A DNA stretch of 64,000 bases from contig RHPI01002503.1 of NCBI GenBank assembly GCA_009103225.1, positions 1,160,124-1,224,123 on the forward strand, read 5' to 3'. This DNA comes from Chlorokybus atmophyticus (Eukaryota; Plantae; Mesostigma and Chlorokybus algae). Under the pieces are notes generated by a model that saw only the letters and a program-made list of their open reading frames with translations, was not told where the DNA came from and did no database searches. The position numbers were made by a program, and so were the translations under genes. Below, in pieces: positions 10,635-23,573 of the stretch (the stretch's first letter is position 1; every line of letters starts with the position of its first letter).

Positions 10635-11480
10635 TGTAAGGGGGGAGTACCCCTCCTCCTCCTAATCCCCTATGCAACAAACCACTAGGCCACAAAAGCA
10701 TGAAGTGTGTTTTGTGGCCATTGTGGCGTTATAATTTAGTTTGTCCGTGACATTCCCCCCCACTTAGGTATCCAATGTCCTCATCAGATGTCAGTTTTTA
10801 CAGGGCTTCTCGTTACTGAGCAGTGGAAGCGATTTTTGCAAATATCACTGAGCAGTCGCAGCGCGCATTGCGCCGTTGAGTGACCGACTGTCGGTCGCCG
10901 TCAGGCAAGTCGCGCGGTACTATCCAGCGGCGGCTCCAGGTACACGCGACGCGTCAGAATGTCCGACTGCCGTCCGGCAAGTCGCGCATTGACGCGCGAC
11001 CCATCATGGATCAATAACAACAACCTCAAAAATCCTTCTTAATCTACCGCCTAGGCGGTTTCGACCTCAGGACGTTTTCGGTCTCAAGCTCCGATGACCA
11101 ATGTAACAAACCACTAGGCCACAAAAGCACGAAGTGTGCTTTGTGGCCATTGTGGCGTCAGCATTTGGTCGTCCGTGGCACCCTACCCCAACACCACCAC
11201 TGGCCACGTCGACGCCACCGCCGCTGCCGTGGCAGCTGCCAGCGCAAAAGATGCTCTGGCTCTGGCGGTCGCTGCGTTAGCAGCGCCGCCATGCGGCTGA
11301 TATCGGCATGAGACTCATGTCTCATGCCGATATTAGTGTTAGTTATTTTAACACTTCATTAGGGCATTAACACTAGGTTAATAGCCCTAATATGGCTTAA
11401 TTAGTTGTATAATCCCGTTGAGACCTCATTTAATCCTGAATAAGGGCGGGGAACCTCTACGGAGGTAGCACCCCGTTACA
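10635..11480. mobile_element. Solo LTR (about 340 bp) interrupted by TRIM-B
   Basis: TGTAAG..CCGTTACA termini, flanks TACGT/CACGT (4 of 5 TSD match). Homologous along its length to the uninterrupted copy at 63662-64000. Confidence 0.82.
10673..11180 (-). mobile_element. TRIM-B, 508 bp, nested in solo LTR
   Basis: 80/79-bp LTRs at 10673-10752 and 11102-11180. On the minus strand, PBS TGGTCATCGGAGC follows the 5' LTR and PPT GGGGGGGAA precedes the 3' LTR. TSD CCCTA on both sides; the empty site (AATCCCCTACCCCAAC) is present in the 63662-64000 copy. Confidence 0.92.
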
Positions 11481-12161
11481 CACGTAGCAGCGCATGTGTC
11501 GGTTGGTAACATAATGGACGACATTTGAAGAGTGTCACAAGTGGTGACTTACAGTGGTGAGTCACCACACGCATTGCTGAAAATTATGTACATGCTCCAT
11601 TTTAAACTATTAGTCGCAATGCGACGCGTCATTTGCATGGTGTGGATCCAATAAGATACTTCATTGAGATGTGTAGCTTTATGAAAATCCACCACAATCT
11701 TCATCGCCTCATCTCATTCTCGTTCAACACAAGCGCATAATTGACAATGCATATAACCTATAAACGCACACTAATACTCAATGTTCTCAACATTATGTCC
11801 ACATAGCATATTCTGGTCAAACAAACACAATCTCGCCATAAAAGCTACATCCTACATATGTCCATATCTACCATATGGACAGATGTAGGACAAGCGTGAG
11901 GTGGTTCAAGCCAAATGTACCCCATAGCTTCAAATTGCCGCGATATCATGCGTTCTGGAAGTGAGCATGACATCTGCAATGCATGCCAGCTGACAACACA
12001 CAACACCTTGCAAGAACACCAGCAGTGGTGAGGGTGGCCAACTGCCCAAAAAACTGTGTCGAAGCAACAGCTACAGATCAGCTGCTAACAGGGCGACTCA
12101 TGTCGCAGTGTACAAGGCATGCTGCTTTGTATACTCAGCACACGCATACATGTGTGTGTGC

Positions 12162-15100
12162 TTAATACCCGCCACCGTAGCCACCATAGTTGCCATAGCC
12201 TATCTGAGGAACCTGAGGCGCGCCATAGCCTTGTGCATAACCGCCACCATACGAGTCTTGCATGCCGTAGCCATCCGGAGCACCAAACTGAGCTGCCATG
12301 GGGCCACCGCCCCCGCCTCCAGCAGACACTGGGGCAGGAAGGGCTGGAAGCAGCTGCGAGTAGAGGTTCTGCACAAGATGATAGATTGTCAGCAGCAAGC
12401 CCTTGCCACATGTGATGCACTGAACCGGTCACATGATTGTTTACCTGCTGCAGCTTGGCTTCTGTTTCGGTCTTGGACGCTTCTTCCTTCTCCTTCTTGG
12501 CCTCATTTCGCTCCAGGATAAGCGTATCAACCTTGGTTGTGTACTCACGCAAAAACTACACGACCATCAACATAGTCAGCACAAGTCAATTCCTACCCAT
12601 ATGCTTCCCGCTTGTTTTGAATTCAACAAAAGGGCATGACAGTGCTGTGTGCATACCTGAATCATGTATGGCATGACAAAGTCTGTCAAGCCGTTCATCC
12701 AGGCCAGCTCCATGGCCACATCCGCGCGGATGAGGTCGTAGCAAGTGTACAAGCAGGCAGCAAAGCACTCCTTGTTGCCCTGTTTCACAGCAAAACCACT
12801 GTTAGCCAGTGCACATAGTATTGCAGTCTCTTACACTTTGCGAGCTTGTGTAACAACAGACCTGTTCCACGAAGAACGTAAGCAGTTCTTCGGCGATCTC
12901 CTTGTCACTAGACTGGGCAGCGGTTGCCATTGCATCCTTGTACAACTTGTCCTTCTTGGACAGTGCAACTGATTGACGGTAGCGCTCGTTCTTCTTGTAT
13001 ACATAGCTGGCAATCCTTCTGAACTCCATAAGCTCGTGCTTCTCCAACTGTTTGCAACAAGGTAGCATTAGAACATACACAACCATTTGTTCACAAGATT
13101 TGAAGCAATCCCAAAGCACGGGAACCGGTATAATGCTTTACCAACATACATGATATCAAACATTCATTCAGCCTCACCTTGACTGCAAGTGCAATCTGGT
13201 CAAAGTTGTCGTAAGTGTCAATGGACACTCGCAACGCCTCGTAGTCTTCCTCCTCCACCAACAGCTCGTTCAGAGCCTCATTAACAGCTGACAGGTTGGT
13301 GTTCTGAACTGACTGCAGGTATGGCTTGATGAGCGGCAGATGGTGGGCCTTGCGCAAGATATCCACAACACGGCTGTGGTCCACACGTGGAGCCAGAACA
13401 GTGAGCAGGTCGTTGAGCAGGTTGGGATGCTCTTCCAGATAGAAACTGACAGCACGATAGTGCACTTCCACGCTGGCGACCTTGACCAGGACATCCTTGA
13501 AGGGAACATGCTCCCAAGCATCCGGTGAATGGGCCATCATCACATTGGCAGCATTGTCGTACTCATCATAAGCCACGTACAAGAATGCAAGCTCCTTCCA
13601 GTGCTGCTGCTCGTCACAAACGCGAATGAGCTTTGGAATGTTGACGCGCGTAGAGAACAACTTTAGATGCTCCATCAACTTCTCGTGCTTGTATTTGGCA
13701 TAAAGGCAGCCAAGCTCTGTAAAAATGCCCATGTGTGCACGCTCCAGACCCAAGCCAGCCTCCAACAGTGCAATGAGCTGGTCGAAGTGGCCACGTTGCT
13801 GATAGAAATCTGAGAGCTCGTCCAGCTCATCCGCTTGAACAATGATGTTGAGACCGCAGAGCTGTGCCAGTCGGAACTCGTTGGCGTCCACGCATGCAAA
13901 GCACACCTCCTTCCAGACCTTGATGCTGTTGGCCTTGCGGGCAGCATCAACAGCCGCTTGGAACTGGCCAAGCTTAACGAGAGTGCTTGCAAGGCGGCCC
14001 CAGTTGGAAATGGCAGTGAACAGGATCTTGGCTGCCTCATACAGGCCCTCATCGAAGCATCGGTCACCAGCAGTCTGAAGATTGGCGGTATGCGGCCCAG
14101 CAATGAACTCCTCAAGGTCCGTCAGCTGGTTGATCTTGGCATACGCATAGACAAGCTCTGTGTCCACCTTGCTCTCCTTGATCTTCTTGCGAACCATAAG
14201 CAAATAGCGCACAAGGTCTGTGTAGCAATCAGCCTCACGAGCTGCGGCTATGACGTCTGGGTAGCAGGTGACATCATTGGCACGGATGAATGATGCGATG
14301 GCATCAGGAACCAGCATGGCCTTCAGCTGGGCCTTGCCAACCTGTGTCCAGACAGCATCTTCCTCCACCCGCTGAGCAAAGTCAACAGCGCGATCAATGC
14401 TGCCAATGTAGTCCAGAAGGACATTCACAGCAAGCACATTGTGGCCAAACTTCTTATAGATCACAAAGGCTTCTTCATAGAGCTCCGCACCAACGGCAAT
14501 CTCTCCGACTGCAGGGCCATCAAAGTTGTCAAGGCGGTTGATGTAGTCCATGACTCGTGACTTATCGGCCTTGATGGCAGTGAGGATAAGCAGATTCTGC
14601 AGGTTGGGGTTGCCACTAAATGCACTGTTCTGTAGGACAATCTTCTCAAGAAGCTCAATCAGTTCTTGAGGCAGGTCAGCGGTCATGAAGGCCTTGACTG
14701 TGATGGAGACCTGCTCGGGATTCTTGCTTTCTGGCAGGGCAGTTGACACCACCTGGTCAATCAACTGGCGACGGAAGGGATTCTCTGGGGTCAGCACCTT
14801 CTCCCAAAGCTCAGGGTCCATGCGCTCCACAATATACCTAGCTTGAAGCTTGAACAGCGAGTTCTTGTTGGTGACATTGACGAGCTCCATGTCGCATTGG
14901 CCCCTCTTGTAGGCAACGCATGCCAGGTAGGGATCGCGCTTCTCGCAGTACTTACCAACAACCAATGAATCGTAGTACGGGTTGGTTGTCAGGAAGTGCT
15001 CGGGGTTATTGTTGCTGTCAATTATGATCTTGCCAAGCGCGTTGTGCACATGCACATCTGTGCTGCCTTCGCTGACCAAGTGCTCAAGGAACTGGCTCAG

Positions 15101-18100
15101 CATCTTCAGCCTGTTGCGCTTCTCGCACTCAGCAACAAGCGGCTCTACTGGCAGAAGGCTTCGCACTGACAAGATCAAGTTCTTGATGAACTCCTCATTG
15201 CACTCAGCATCCAACAAGGCACCCACGACCAGGGGGGCATTGGTTGGGTTGACCTTCTGGACATAGCCCTCAATGTACCGCAGCATGTTGTTGTTGTAGA
15301 GATACAGAGTCAAATCAGGAACAAACCCATGGCGGTCGCAAACATTGATGAGTGGCCTGGCATCTGGCAGCTTGGCCTCCATGAGGAATTGCTTTGTCCG
15401 CTCTGGTGGGTAGAAGTTGGACTCACGGGTCACACGCTCAACCTCCTTTATCTGTCCAATCCTTGAGGCAGCTTCAATGTACTTGAAGTGGATGTCTGGA
15501 TCCTCACTGAAGGACAGGTACGAACCCAAGTAGAAGTATAAGCCCTCATAGGACTTGAACGACTCAAACATCTCAATGATAGACTCAGCCTGAAGCTGCT
15601 CTGTGTACTCCTTGCAGATTTGGACAACCACTTGCAGGTTCTGGCGCATGTTGGTAGCCAGAAGCTCCCGGAGACAGTCCAATGCCCACTCCCTGGACAG
15701 TGTGCCAAAAAACTCCACGAGCGCCTGCGCCTCGATGCCATGGGTGTTGACCACAACACGCTTGATATCTGGCAGATCGCTGTAGTGCTGCAGAGCTCGC
15801 ACATAGAGGCCGGCCTTCTCACAAAGCTGGGCGATGCGTGGGCGATCATAGTAGCTGAACATGTTGTTGGCCAAGATGGCATCGGCAACATTGGGGTATG
15901 TCACAAGGTTAATTTCCAACACCTTGGTCTGAAGGTGGGCATGCTCTGGCAAGTTCGGCTTCAGAACATCAAGAAGGAACGATGTAGCCTCCCGAATCAT
16001 GTTGCGCTGCAAGAAGAGATCTGCCACTGTGTTGTAGTCCATCTTGGGGGCATCCGGCATCTGCCCGATCATCAGTGCCAAGTTCACAGCACCCTGAGGG
16101 TCAGTTCGCAGACTCTGCTGCAACAGGCCCATATAGTCTGGGGTGTATCCCACTTGCTGGCAATACTTGACTATCTTGTCATATTCCCTGCGCTCCGCTA
16201 GCGCCAACACCACCTTGGGTGTAGCTCGGGCCTTAATGTAGATTTTCAGGGCCATATCATTGTCAACAGTCTGTCAACAGCGAACAGCACTATTAGTGCA
16301 CTCTGGGTGACAACACACTGCCACTATCAAATAGAAGTACACCAACATGCATTTGCAGGAAGGCTAACCTTGACAAGATCTCCAAGCTCTTCACTGCATT
16401 CAAGCTTGTCCTCGTTCAGCCAGTTGTCCAACAAGTTCTTTTTATTCTGGCTTACAACTAACTTTGACAGCTCAAGGGACTCAAAGGCATTGAGCTTGCC
16501 CTTCGTCAGCAGTGTACCAAAGTATTGCAGCAAGGGAGGGGTTGTGCCGGGCTGCACTGGCACAGACTGCAAAGCACGCAACACATGAGTACTTTCGTAA
16601 CTAACTGGTTCAACAGCAGAGGGTCGTCAGCTGCAAGATACCTGGAACTTCTGGACAGTCTCCCGCGTGCGCAGCACCGCCTGCGGTGATGAAGCTGCCA
16701 ACTCAGCCGCCTCTTTGTACTGACCAGCAGCAAACAGGTTGTTGAACTGCTGCACAACCTGCGAAACCCAGACAAAGTCATGTTGATGTAAGCAAATTGA
16801 CCATGCAATTGAACCACATGTTGGCAACTGCCACGCAGATGGGTTCGCAATGCACTGGTAGAGCCCAACGTACACAACTTACCATCCCTTCAGCTCCAGG
16901 AAGATTGGCACGACTGGCCAAGGCCAAGGCAAGCTCCATGTTGTTCAGCTGTAATCATGCGACAATGTTAACACTCTGGCGCTGTGAACTTCGCCATGCA
17001 AAGCCTGCAGCACATCAAAACTTGCATTGAATGATTGCTACCTGTGTGCTGACGAAAGGCACCAGAGTCTGTTCATTGACCGTGGCAAGAAGCACCTGAC
17101 CCTTGCGATTCACGGCATAAAACCCACCAATGGATGGTGCATCACTTGTAAGGAAGATTGGGTCAGCGCTTATCCTTTGCCTGTACACTGCTGCTCCTGA
17201 CTCCAAGTCGTAAACAAACAGCAAGCCCAGCTTGGTGATGATGTAGACCAAGCCATACTTTTGCGAAATCTGCAGCGGTATTGCGCAATAGTAAGCAGAC
17301 GCCCACTTTGGCACACTGCACTGGGCAAGCATTCATGTATGACATCTCTAGACGCATGACATGCCTGCATGGAGACAGGGAAGTCATCTGCAAATTCTGG
17401 TGGGAAGAACAAATCCGCCTGCTTCTTTTGGTACCCAGGCACACCTGCCATGGTTCACAAATGTTAACAAGCATACCATCTACTGGACAACTGACCGCGA
17501 GCCAACTAGGTGCATGCAACAAGTGCATTCTTGAACTAACCTGGCTGAGCTCCAAGCTCAATGATGTGCAGCTTGGAGTTCACTTGCCCGTTCACCAACG
17601 TCTTTTGGGCAAATGAAATCAGCAGCGAAGGAGTTGCATTGCCTGCCACCTGTCGGCAATGTTAGTTAAAACAGCGACAATGTTAGTTAAAACAGCAACA
17701 AAGCCAAAACTCAGAACGACAAACAACTTACTGTAAGCGATGCAAAAGCAGCGGCATGTGCTTCGAGTGCCTGACTCCTTTGCTGATCGACAGAGTACAG
17801 CTGCATATTTCCCTTCACGAGTGCTGGCCTCTGCAACACACCAAGGTAAGGTGAAATCTTGACAATGGTGGAAGATAAAACAGTGCACCATGCATGCTGT
17901 ACTGCTATGCAGTACTTGGTTGCTTGTATAGAAAATTGCATGCACCATTGCAATCCACAACAGCAGAGGGCTTCAGACCATGGCAAGGCAAACTAACCTC
18001 AGGGGCACCTGGAGCAATGCCAACCAATACGAGCCACCTTTCAGTTGGATCACACCTGTAATTGATGATCTGGTTTCCACTCAGGTTTGCAGTCCGATCA

Positions 18101-19702
18101 AACATCTTCACTGGATCCGATGTGCCTGCACATGCATGCATGTCCCAGGCCTTCAGTATATTACACTACACGGTATATTACACGCACGGAGTTCCCACCA
18201 CACTTGCTTCCCACCTTCCATTGACCAGTGGTAAACAGAGGTGCCAGTAACCAACCCAATGACGCTGGGGGTGACCCATTTCCAGAAAACAACCTGAACA
18301 AATAATGTCAACCATGCATGGTGGCCATTCAACTTGCATGGGGACTAGACACTCGGACACTAAGAGTATATGCCAACCTTGTCATGCCAGGGGCAATGAA
18401 GCTCACCTGCTCTGGCATCTGGAACGACTTCACCTTTGCCTTTGCATCAATGTTGAAGATTTGTAAATGATCCTGAGTGGTACCCTGGACAACAGCTGCG
18501 ACAAGAGTTCACATGTCACTTGCTTTCTTGATCGACATGCCAATGCTCGAGCACACAAACCATGTAATGCTCGCATGGTGGGCGATTGCACTTTATACCT
18601 TTCAAAGCGATAATCTTCTGGATTGGATGCATGAGCGCTGAATCAGCAGTGATGGGGCGGCGCAGAGGAGCCAAGGGGTTGGCTGTGTCAATAATGACAA
18701 CACTGTTTGTAGCAGCTGTCTCTCGCACGCAGATAAATTTCTCACTCTCCATGGTGACATGGGTGAATGTGATGAACTGCTGGTTGATGCCCAAAGCCGG
18801 CAGCTGCAACATACAGCTAGAGTTAATGACAGCTCAATCAGCATGCCACACAGACCGCAACTGCTGATAAACAGACAAGTTGCTGTACTGACAAGTTGCT
18901 AAAGGTGTTAGGCGTTAGCAGCCACTGACGACACATCGGCTGCCACAGTCACGAGCACCATGATCAACTCGTAAAGGGCAGGTCAAGCACGGTGGCCGTA
19001 CGGTCAAAGACTGTCGCGCAGACAAACTGGGCACTAAGTGCCAAATAATTTCAGAGCAGCTGAGATGATGCACCTAGCTATACTTGCACCCCATGATGTA
19101 TGTAAGCAAAAAACGACTCATCTGATCATGAATATCGCATGCAAAAATTATCGTTACCCTGGCGCCCAACGGGGCTGCATCCAGACTCTTTCATATTACG
19201 AGCATATCAGCGTACGGCATGAAGTCTGCCCACAGCACTGAGTGTGGTGTATCAAGAACATGTGGAGATAGATATAAACCATGGAGAGCTTCGAGAACCT
19301 TAACAACCAGTTCGGATGGCTAGACACTGGCAACAGGCTAACTAGCACGCTGACCCTCCCTGCCCTTTGTAAGGCTTTGCCAGCCTACTAACGACTGCAA
19401 TGCACTCAAGACTGCCGCATTTACTTGTTTCGTAATGGTACATTACGTTATGACCAGTGATCCGATGCTATACGACCCCTTGACTGGTAACACTTCTGAC
19501 ACTATTCTCAGCTAACACCAAGCGTGCGGGGCAGGATCAGAAGCAAAGAATGGCAGCTGACGTCATGCTTGTTCAACATGTAGTCGGCAATGCGATCGTC
19601 AACAACTTCACGCGCATGGCAAAGCTTGCCTCAACGGCTAAGGGTTTTGGCACTTACCGACAGCTGCTCCTTGAGGGCGATGGGGGCGCCAGGGTTTGCC
19701 AT
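12162..19702 (-). CDS. CHC: Clathrin heavy chain
   Basis: Exon 1 [15 protein letters not shown] (19702-19658), exon 2 [28 protein letters not shown], a 3093-bp exon (16270-13178) with CHC repeats, MREYTTKVD, and a Gly/Tyr-rich tail ending at TAA 12162-12164. Confidence 0.98.
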
Positions 19703-19891
19703 GATGGAGGCGTTTCACGGCAGCCCAGCAGGGCACTCCCTGTAATGACACCGCAGCAGCGGCCCGCTTGCCGTTCCCCCCAACCTTCGTCTCGTCGCCA
19801 CCGCACGGCCCTGCGGCGTAGGCGATGTATGCTGTTTTCGGTTGCCAGCTGCCACAATAAGCTAACCGTACATTCGTTTGGACCGACCGCG

Positions 19892-19900
19892 TTAGGGTTT
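19892..19900 (-). promoter_or_regulatory. Telo-box-like motif AAACCCTAA upstream of CHC
   Basis: Exact match about 190 bp 5' of the CHC ATG; function is inferred only from plant promoter knowledge. Confidence 0.3.
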
Positions 19901-21829
19901 CATTACGGATATTCACAATAACCGTGCTGGATATCAATGTAATTCCGCATGAGCGGCAGTTCACCACCGTTTATTAACGGACGCGTCGAGCTCGGTTACT
20001 CTCGCCCGGTTCCGTAAATCTGGCGTGCTGACCGGGTGTAACGAACCCTCCTCGGCTCGCAGTTCGTAGCCGAAAGCGAGTTCGCTGCCACTTTGAGATC
20101 GCTGGCTTTCAGGTCGCTGCGTGACCGGAGCAATTGATGGGATTCCTGAATCTGTGGGTGTCAAGTGCGCAAACCACCACGCAAGGCGCTCCAACTGCGT
20201 GATGATGTAGAGTAGGATAACATAGAGGGGCCCGAAATTGCATGTTGCACACAGCATTGCTGTCACATCAACCACATGAACCATGGCTGTTGCGGCGCAA
20301 TTGAACACACAATGGAACACAATGTTCCACATATGTGTGCAATAATTGTTCTCCATAACTAGAGAATGATATCATTGCTGTGAATGTAACTCTGATTGCA
20401 GCTATGACATTCATGTCATATGCAAGGTTGATACTTTCAACTAATATTACACGTTTTATATAATGCTACTATTGCCATTATTGAAACTTGATAGTCTATG
20501 CATACAGATTACCCATTACCGCACATATAACCGTTACAATGATTGCATAATCAATGCATGACAACGTATGTGTTTATGTTTACACACATTGATGTAACAA
20601 TTAAAATAAGATAACATGTTATATTTGTATACAACCCGTCAAATGGAAGTTGCAAGTAGAATTGTGTTGATGCATTTCATACAATTTATGTACACAAGTA
20701 AGTGAGCCAATTCATATCGATTGTTTTTTAAGCAATGTGATACGTATGTGTTTTGCAATCATTAGACAGCCCCGGACATTATCAACGATTGCATCGAGGG
20801 TTACATGCAGTGTTAAACAGCCGTCTATTGCTTTGCACTTTGATATGCATACACGAAAATGCGTATTTGCATTGTCGCAGTATTGCATAAGTTGTACAAT
20901 TGCAAGTTGTAATATCGCAGTGCATTAATACTGCACATGAGGTGGGGTAATCAATGCAACCTATCTACAAAGCGGCAAGCAACAAACACACATAGGGAAG
21001 ACTTATTACACTTGGGGGTATAGCCGTAGCTTAGCGTAGCCGATCATATCGTCACTTAGCTAGCTATGTATATGCGTGCGTGCAATGCGTGCATGCAATG
21101 TTTGTGGTGCAGGAGCAGCAGCAAACCAAGCGGACAAACAACGTGCATGCATGTAGGGAGCGTGTCAGGCCGCGAAGCGCAGCATGTGAAGTGTTGTGGC
21201 ATGATGGCATGCTGTGCTTTGCAGGTGTGTGCTGGCGCCTCACGCCTCGAGCTATCCCNCGTTGTTTTATCCAACTTCCCGCCGCCGCCTTGAACACACT
21301 ATTATCAACGACGACAACAATGCAATTCATGTCCTTGAGAATTAGGGTTAGCAAGCTATGAGTCTCAAGCCAAATGAAGGTTGATAAGTTGTAATCTGTA
21401 AGTTCCGGCCAAGTGCCACAATGCACAGTGTCTCATGCAATCGCAAAATGTATTTAACTGCAACATTATTAAGCTGCAGCACAATAACACATGCAGCAAG
21501 ATGAGACGACCGCAGCACACCCATGACTCAATATGCGGGCATAATGTGCTCCCCTCATTCACGTTGCGCAAACTCACTTGTCCTCACCTTAATGCCGCAC
21601 TTATCAGTTGTAATACACATTACACCTACCCAACACCATTACATGCCATTCGAGAGCGATTTTTGGCTAGCCGAGTGGTGGTGTTTGAACAAACACTCTT
21701 GGTCAGTTACACGAAAGTAGTAGTCAGTCAACATACTAGCACCAGCATCAATGATGGTGTGGCCGGTGTATACCATCCTGCAACCCTCTACACATCAAGC
21801 GAAATAGATACACACCCGAGCACTCATAC

Positions 21830-22420
21830 CACAACCTGTTGTGCCGACATCGTTGCAGCTTGGCCAACAGCTGTCGCTGCTGATACCTGGTTGCAGACCA
21901 TCAGCAAGCAGGCGCACCATTTCAGCCACAAAGCGTGCTTTGTAGTTAGTGATCTTCATGAACCGGTGAGCTTAGGACCACAATGTTGAGCTTCGCTGAG
22001 ACTGCCACATGTGACTCCGGTTGTGGCGCTCTGTGAATAGGTATGCCTGCAAACACTGGCTGGCGCAGCTTGTTGTAAACCCGTGTGCACAACCCAATGT
22101 CTTGTGTTGGAACACAATGAGGTTCAGGTAGGATACTGTCACCCTTGCTGCCGTCTCAGTCAGGGTTGGTTAGTGTGCCGGGTACAAACCCCCCGCTAAA
22201 GCATCATTGCACATGTACATGAATGGCTCAAAACCCCACATGCACAATCACCAAGTCATCAACATAGCGCAAAATACTGCGAGCATACTTTACCAACAAG
22301 GGGCGATCCTTAGGGCTTGAGGCGCCTGAGCCACCTGAGTTCGTAGCCCAGCAGATGGTTGTTTGCCAAATCACCACCTGCACCATTTCTCATTGGGATG
22401 CGAATTTACTGCTTCTGTGC
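21830..22420 (-). pseudogene. Penelope-like element reverse transcriptase relic
   Basis: Across frameshifts and stops, in order: Q*IRIPMRNGAGGDLANNHLLGYE (GIPMG..LA..L..YE), LRYVDDL, GLYPAH, VSYLNL, TRVYNK..IHRAP..ESH, HRFMKITNYKARFVAEMVRLLADG. This is the PLE palm/thumb motif series. Confidence 0.72.
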
Positions 22421-23573
22421 GGTTAGTAGCCGTTTGCACAAACAAGCACGTGCTGATCGTGAAGTAGCTGCCCACCATTCACTCACACGCATGTAATAAT
22501 GTTTTTGTATAACAGATAAGCATGCGTCCGCGTTTAAGATGGTAGGCAAATGGTACCTAGGTTCATTGCACTAGATGCAAGCTGCTTTGTGCGCTCCAGC
22601 TATTGTGCTTGGTGGCTTAAGGTTGTGCCATTGCTTCGTTGTAATTTACTGTGGTTGCGCTGCACTTTACTCCAAACCTTACAAAAGGGACTTCAGAGTT
22701 GCGCGAAGCACATTCCTGCAAAATGCGTGTGCACATGCACAGCACTCAGCATCAGGCACACACAACCATGACAGAGCTTTACATGCAACAACCAACACTA
22801 AAGTGACCAAGACTTAAGACCTGAGAGTAGACCATGAACCTGATCCGCAAGTAGTGCGCAGGCAGCAAGGAGGCAACCATATTCTGCACAGCATAACAGA
22901 GCAGAGGAGAGGTAGAGATCATGCTTGTCCCGCTGCGCCCATGCACGACGACAACAATAACGCCGATGACGACGGCAGGACGTTTCAAACCAAGTTGCCC
23001 CTCGCCGCCATGACTGCGTGTTGCGTAATTATCCCTCTACCGGTCTTACAAGCCATGCACTCAAGACCTAGCTCGTTAGTCCTTTCATAGGCAGTCGATA
23101 GGAATCTCAAAAAGCAGCACCATTGCATAGGCTGTCCAGTGATACGCTGAAAGCGGGAGAGTACAACTGCGTCAGGACTTGCGATCACACACATCCTCAT
23201 TGCGCATATGCCCAAGACAGGCGCTTAGCTAGCGTGTGACGCTCACCCACAATAGTGTCACCCTTCCCACAACCCACCACTTACACGGGCAGGGTTAGGG
23301 GGCATGAGTGACATAATGCGTACCACCCTACGCGTCAGCAACAAATACCTGCACAACAAGTCAGCAGGGTAAGCGGGGAGCAGAACAATGCAGAGCATTT
23401 GCAAGACTAGACTTTACACGAGTACATAAGCAGAGCACATATGTACACTAGCATGTCCAAGCAGTGCAAGCATAATCAAACACATACACAAGTACCACAT
23501 GTCCATTTTGGCATGTGGTCTGCAGTGCTTGACAGCTCGCCATCGTTAACTTGCACTGTTGTCTGATGGTGCC

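Noticed and set aside
10077-11180. Cassandra-type 5S rRNA sequence in the TRIM LTRs
   Set aside because: No 5S A/C-box similarity is visible in either LTR
11455-11490. Helitron 3' end (hairpin ACCTC/GAGGT near a terminus)
   Set aside because: It ends in GTTACA with a near-TSD and an LTR-like partner, not CTRR
19960-20140. Possible SRP/7SL RNA (GTCGAGCTC start, CAGGTCG..CGGAGCA)
   Set aside because: The helix-8 loop is 9 nt rather than GNRA, the Alu-domain motif does not match, and no Pol III terminator is evident; more likely CHC upstream sequence
20400-20950. AT-rich island as organellar or viral insertion
   Set aside because: No recognisable gene, RNA or terminal structure
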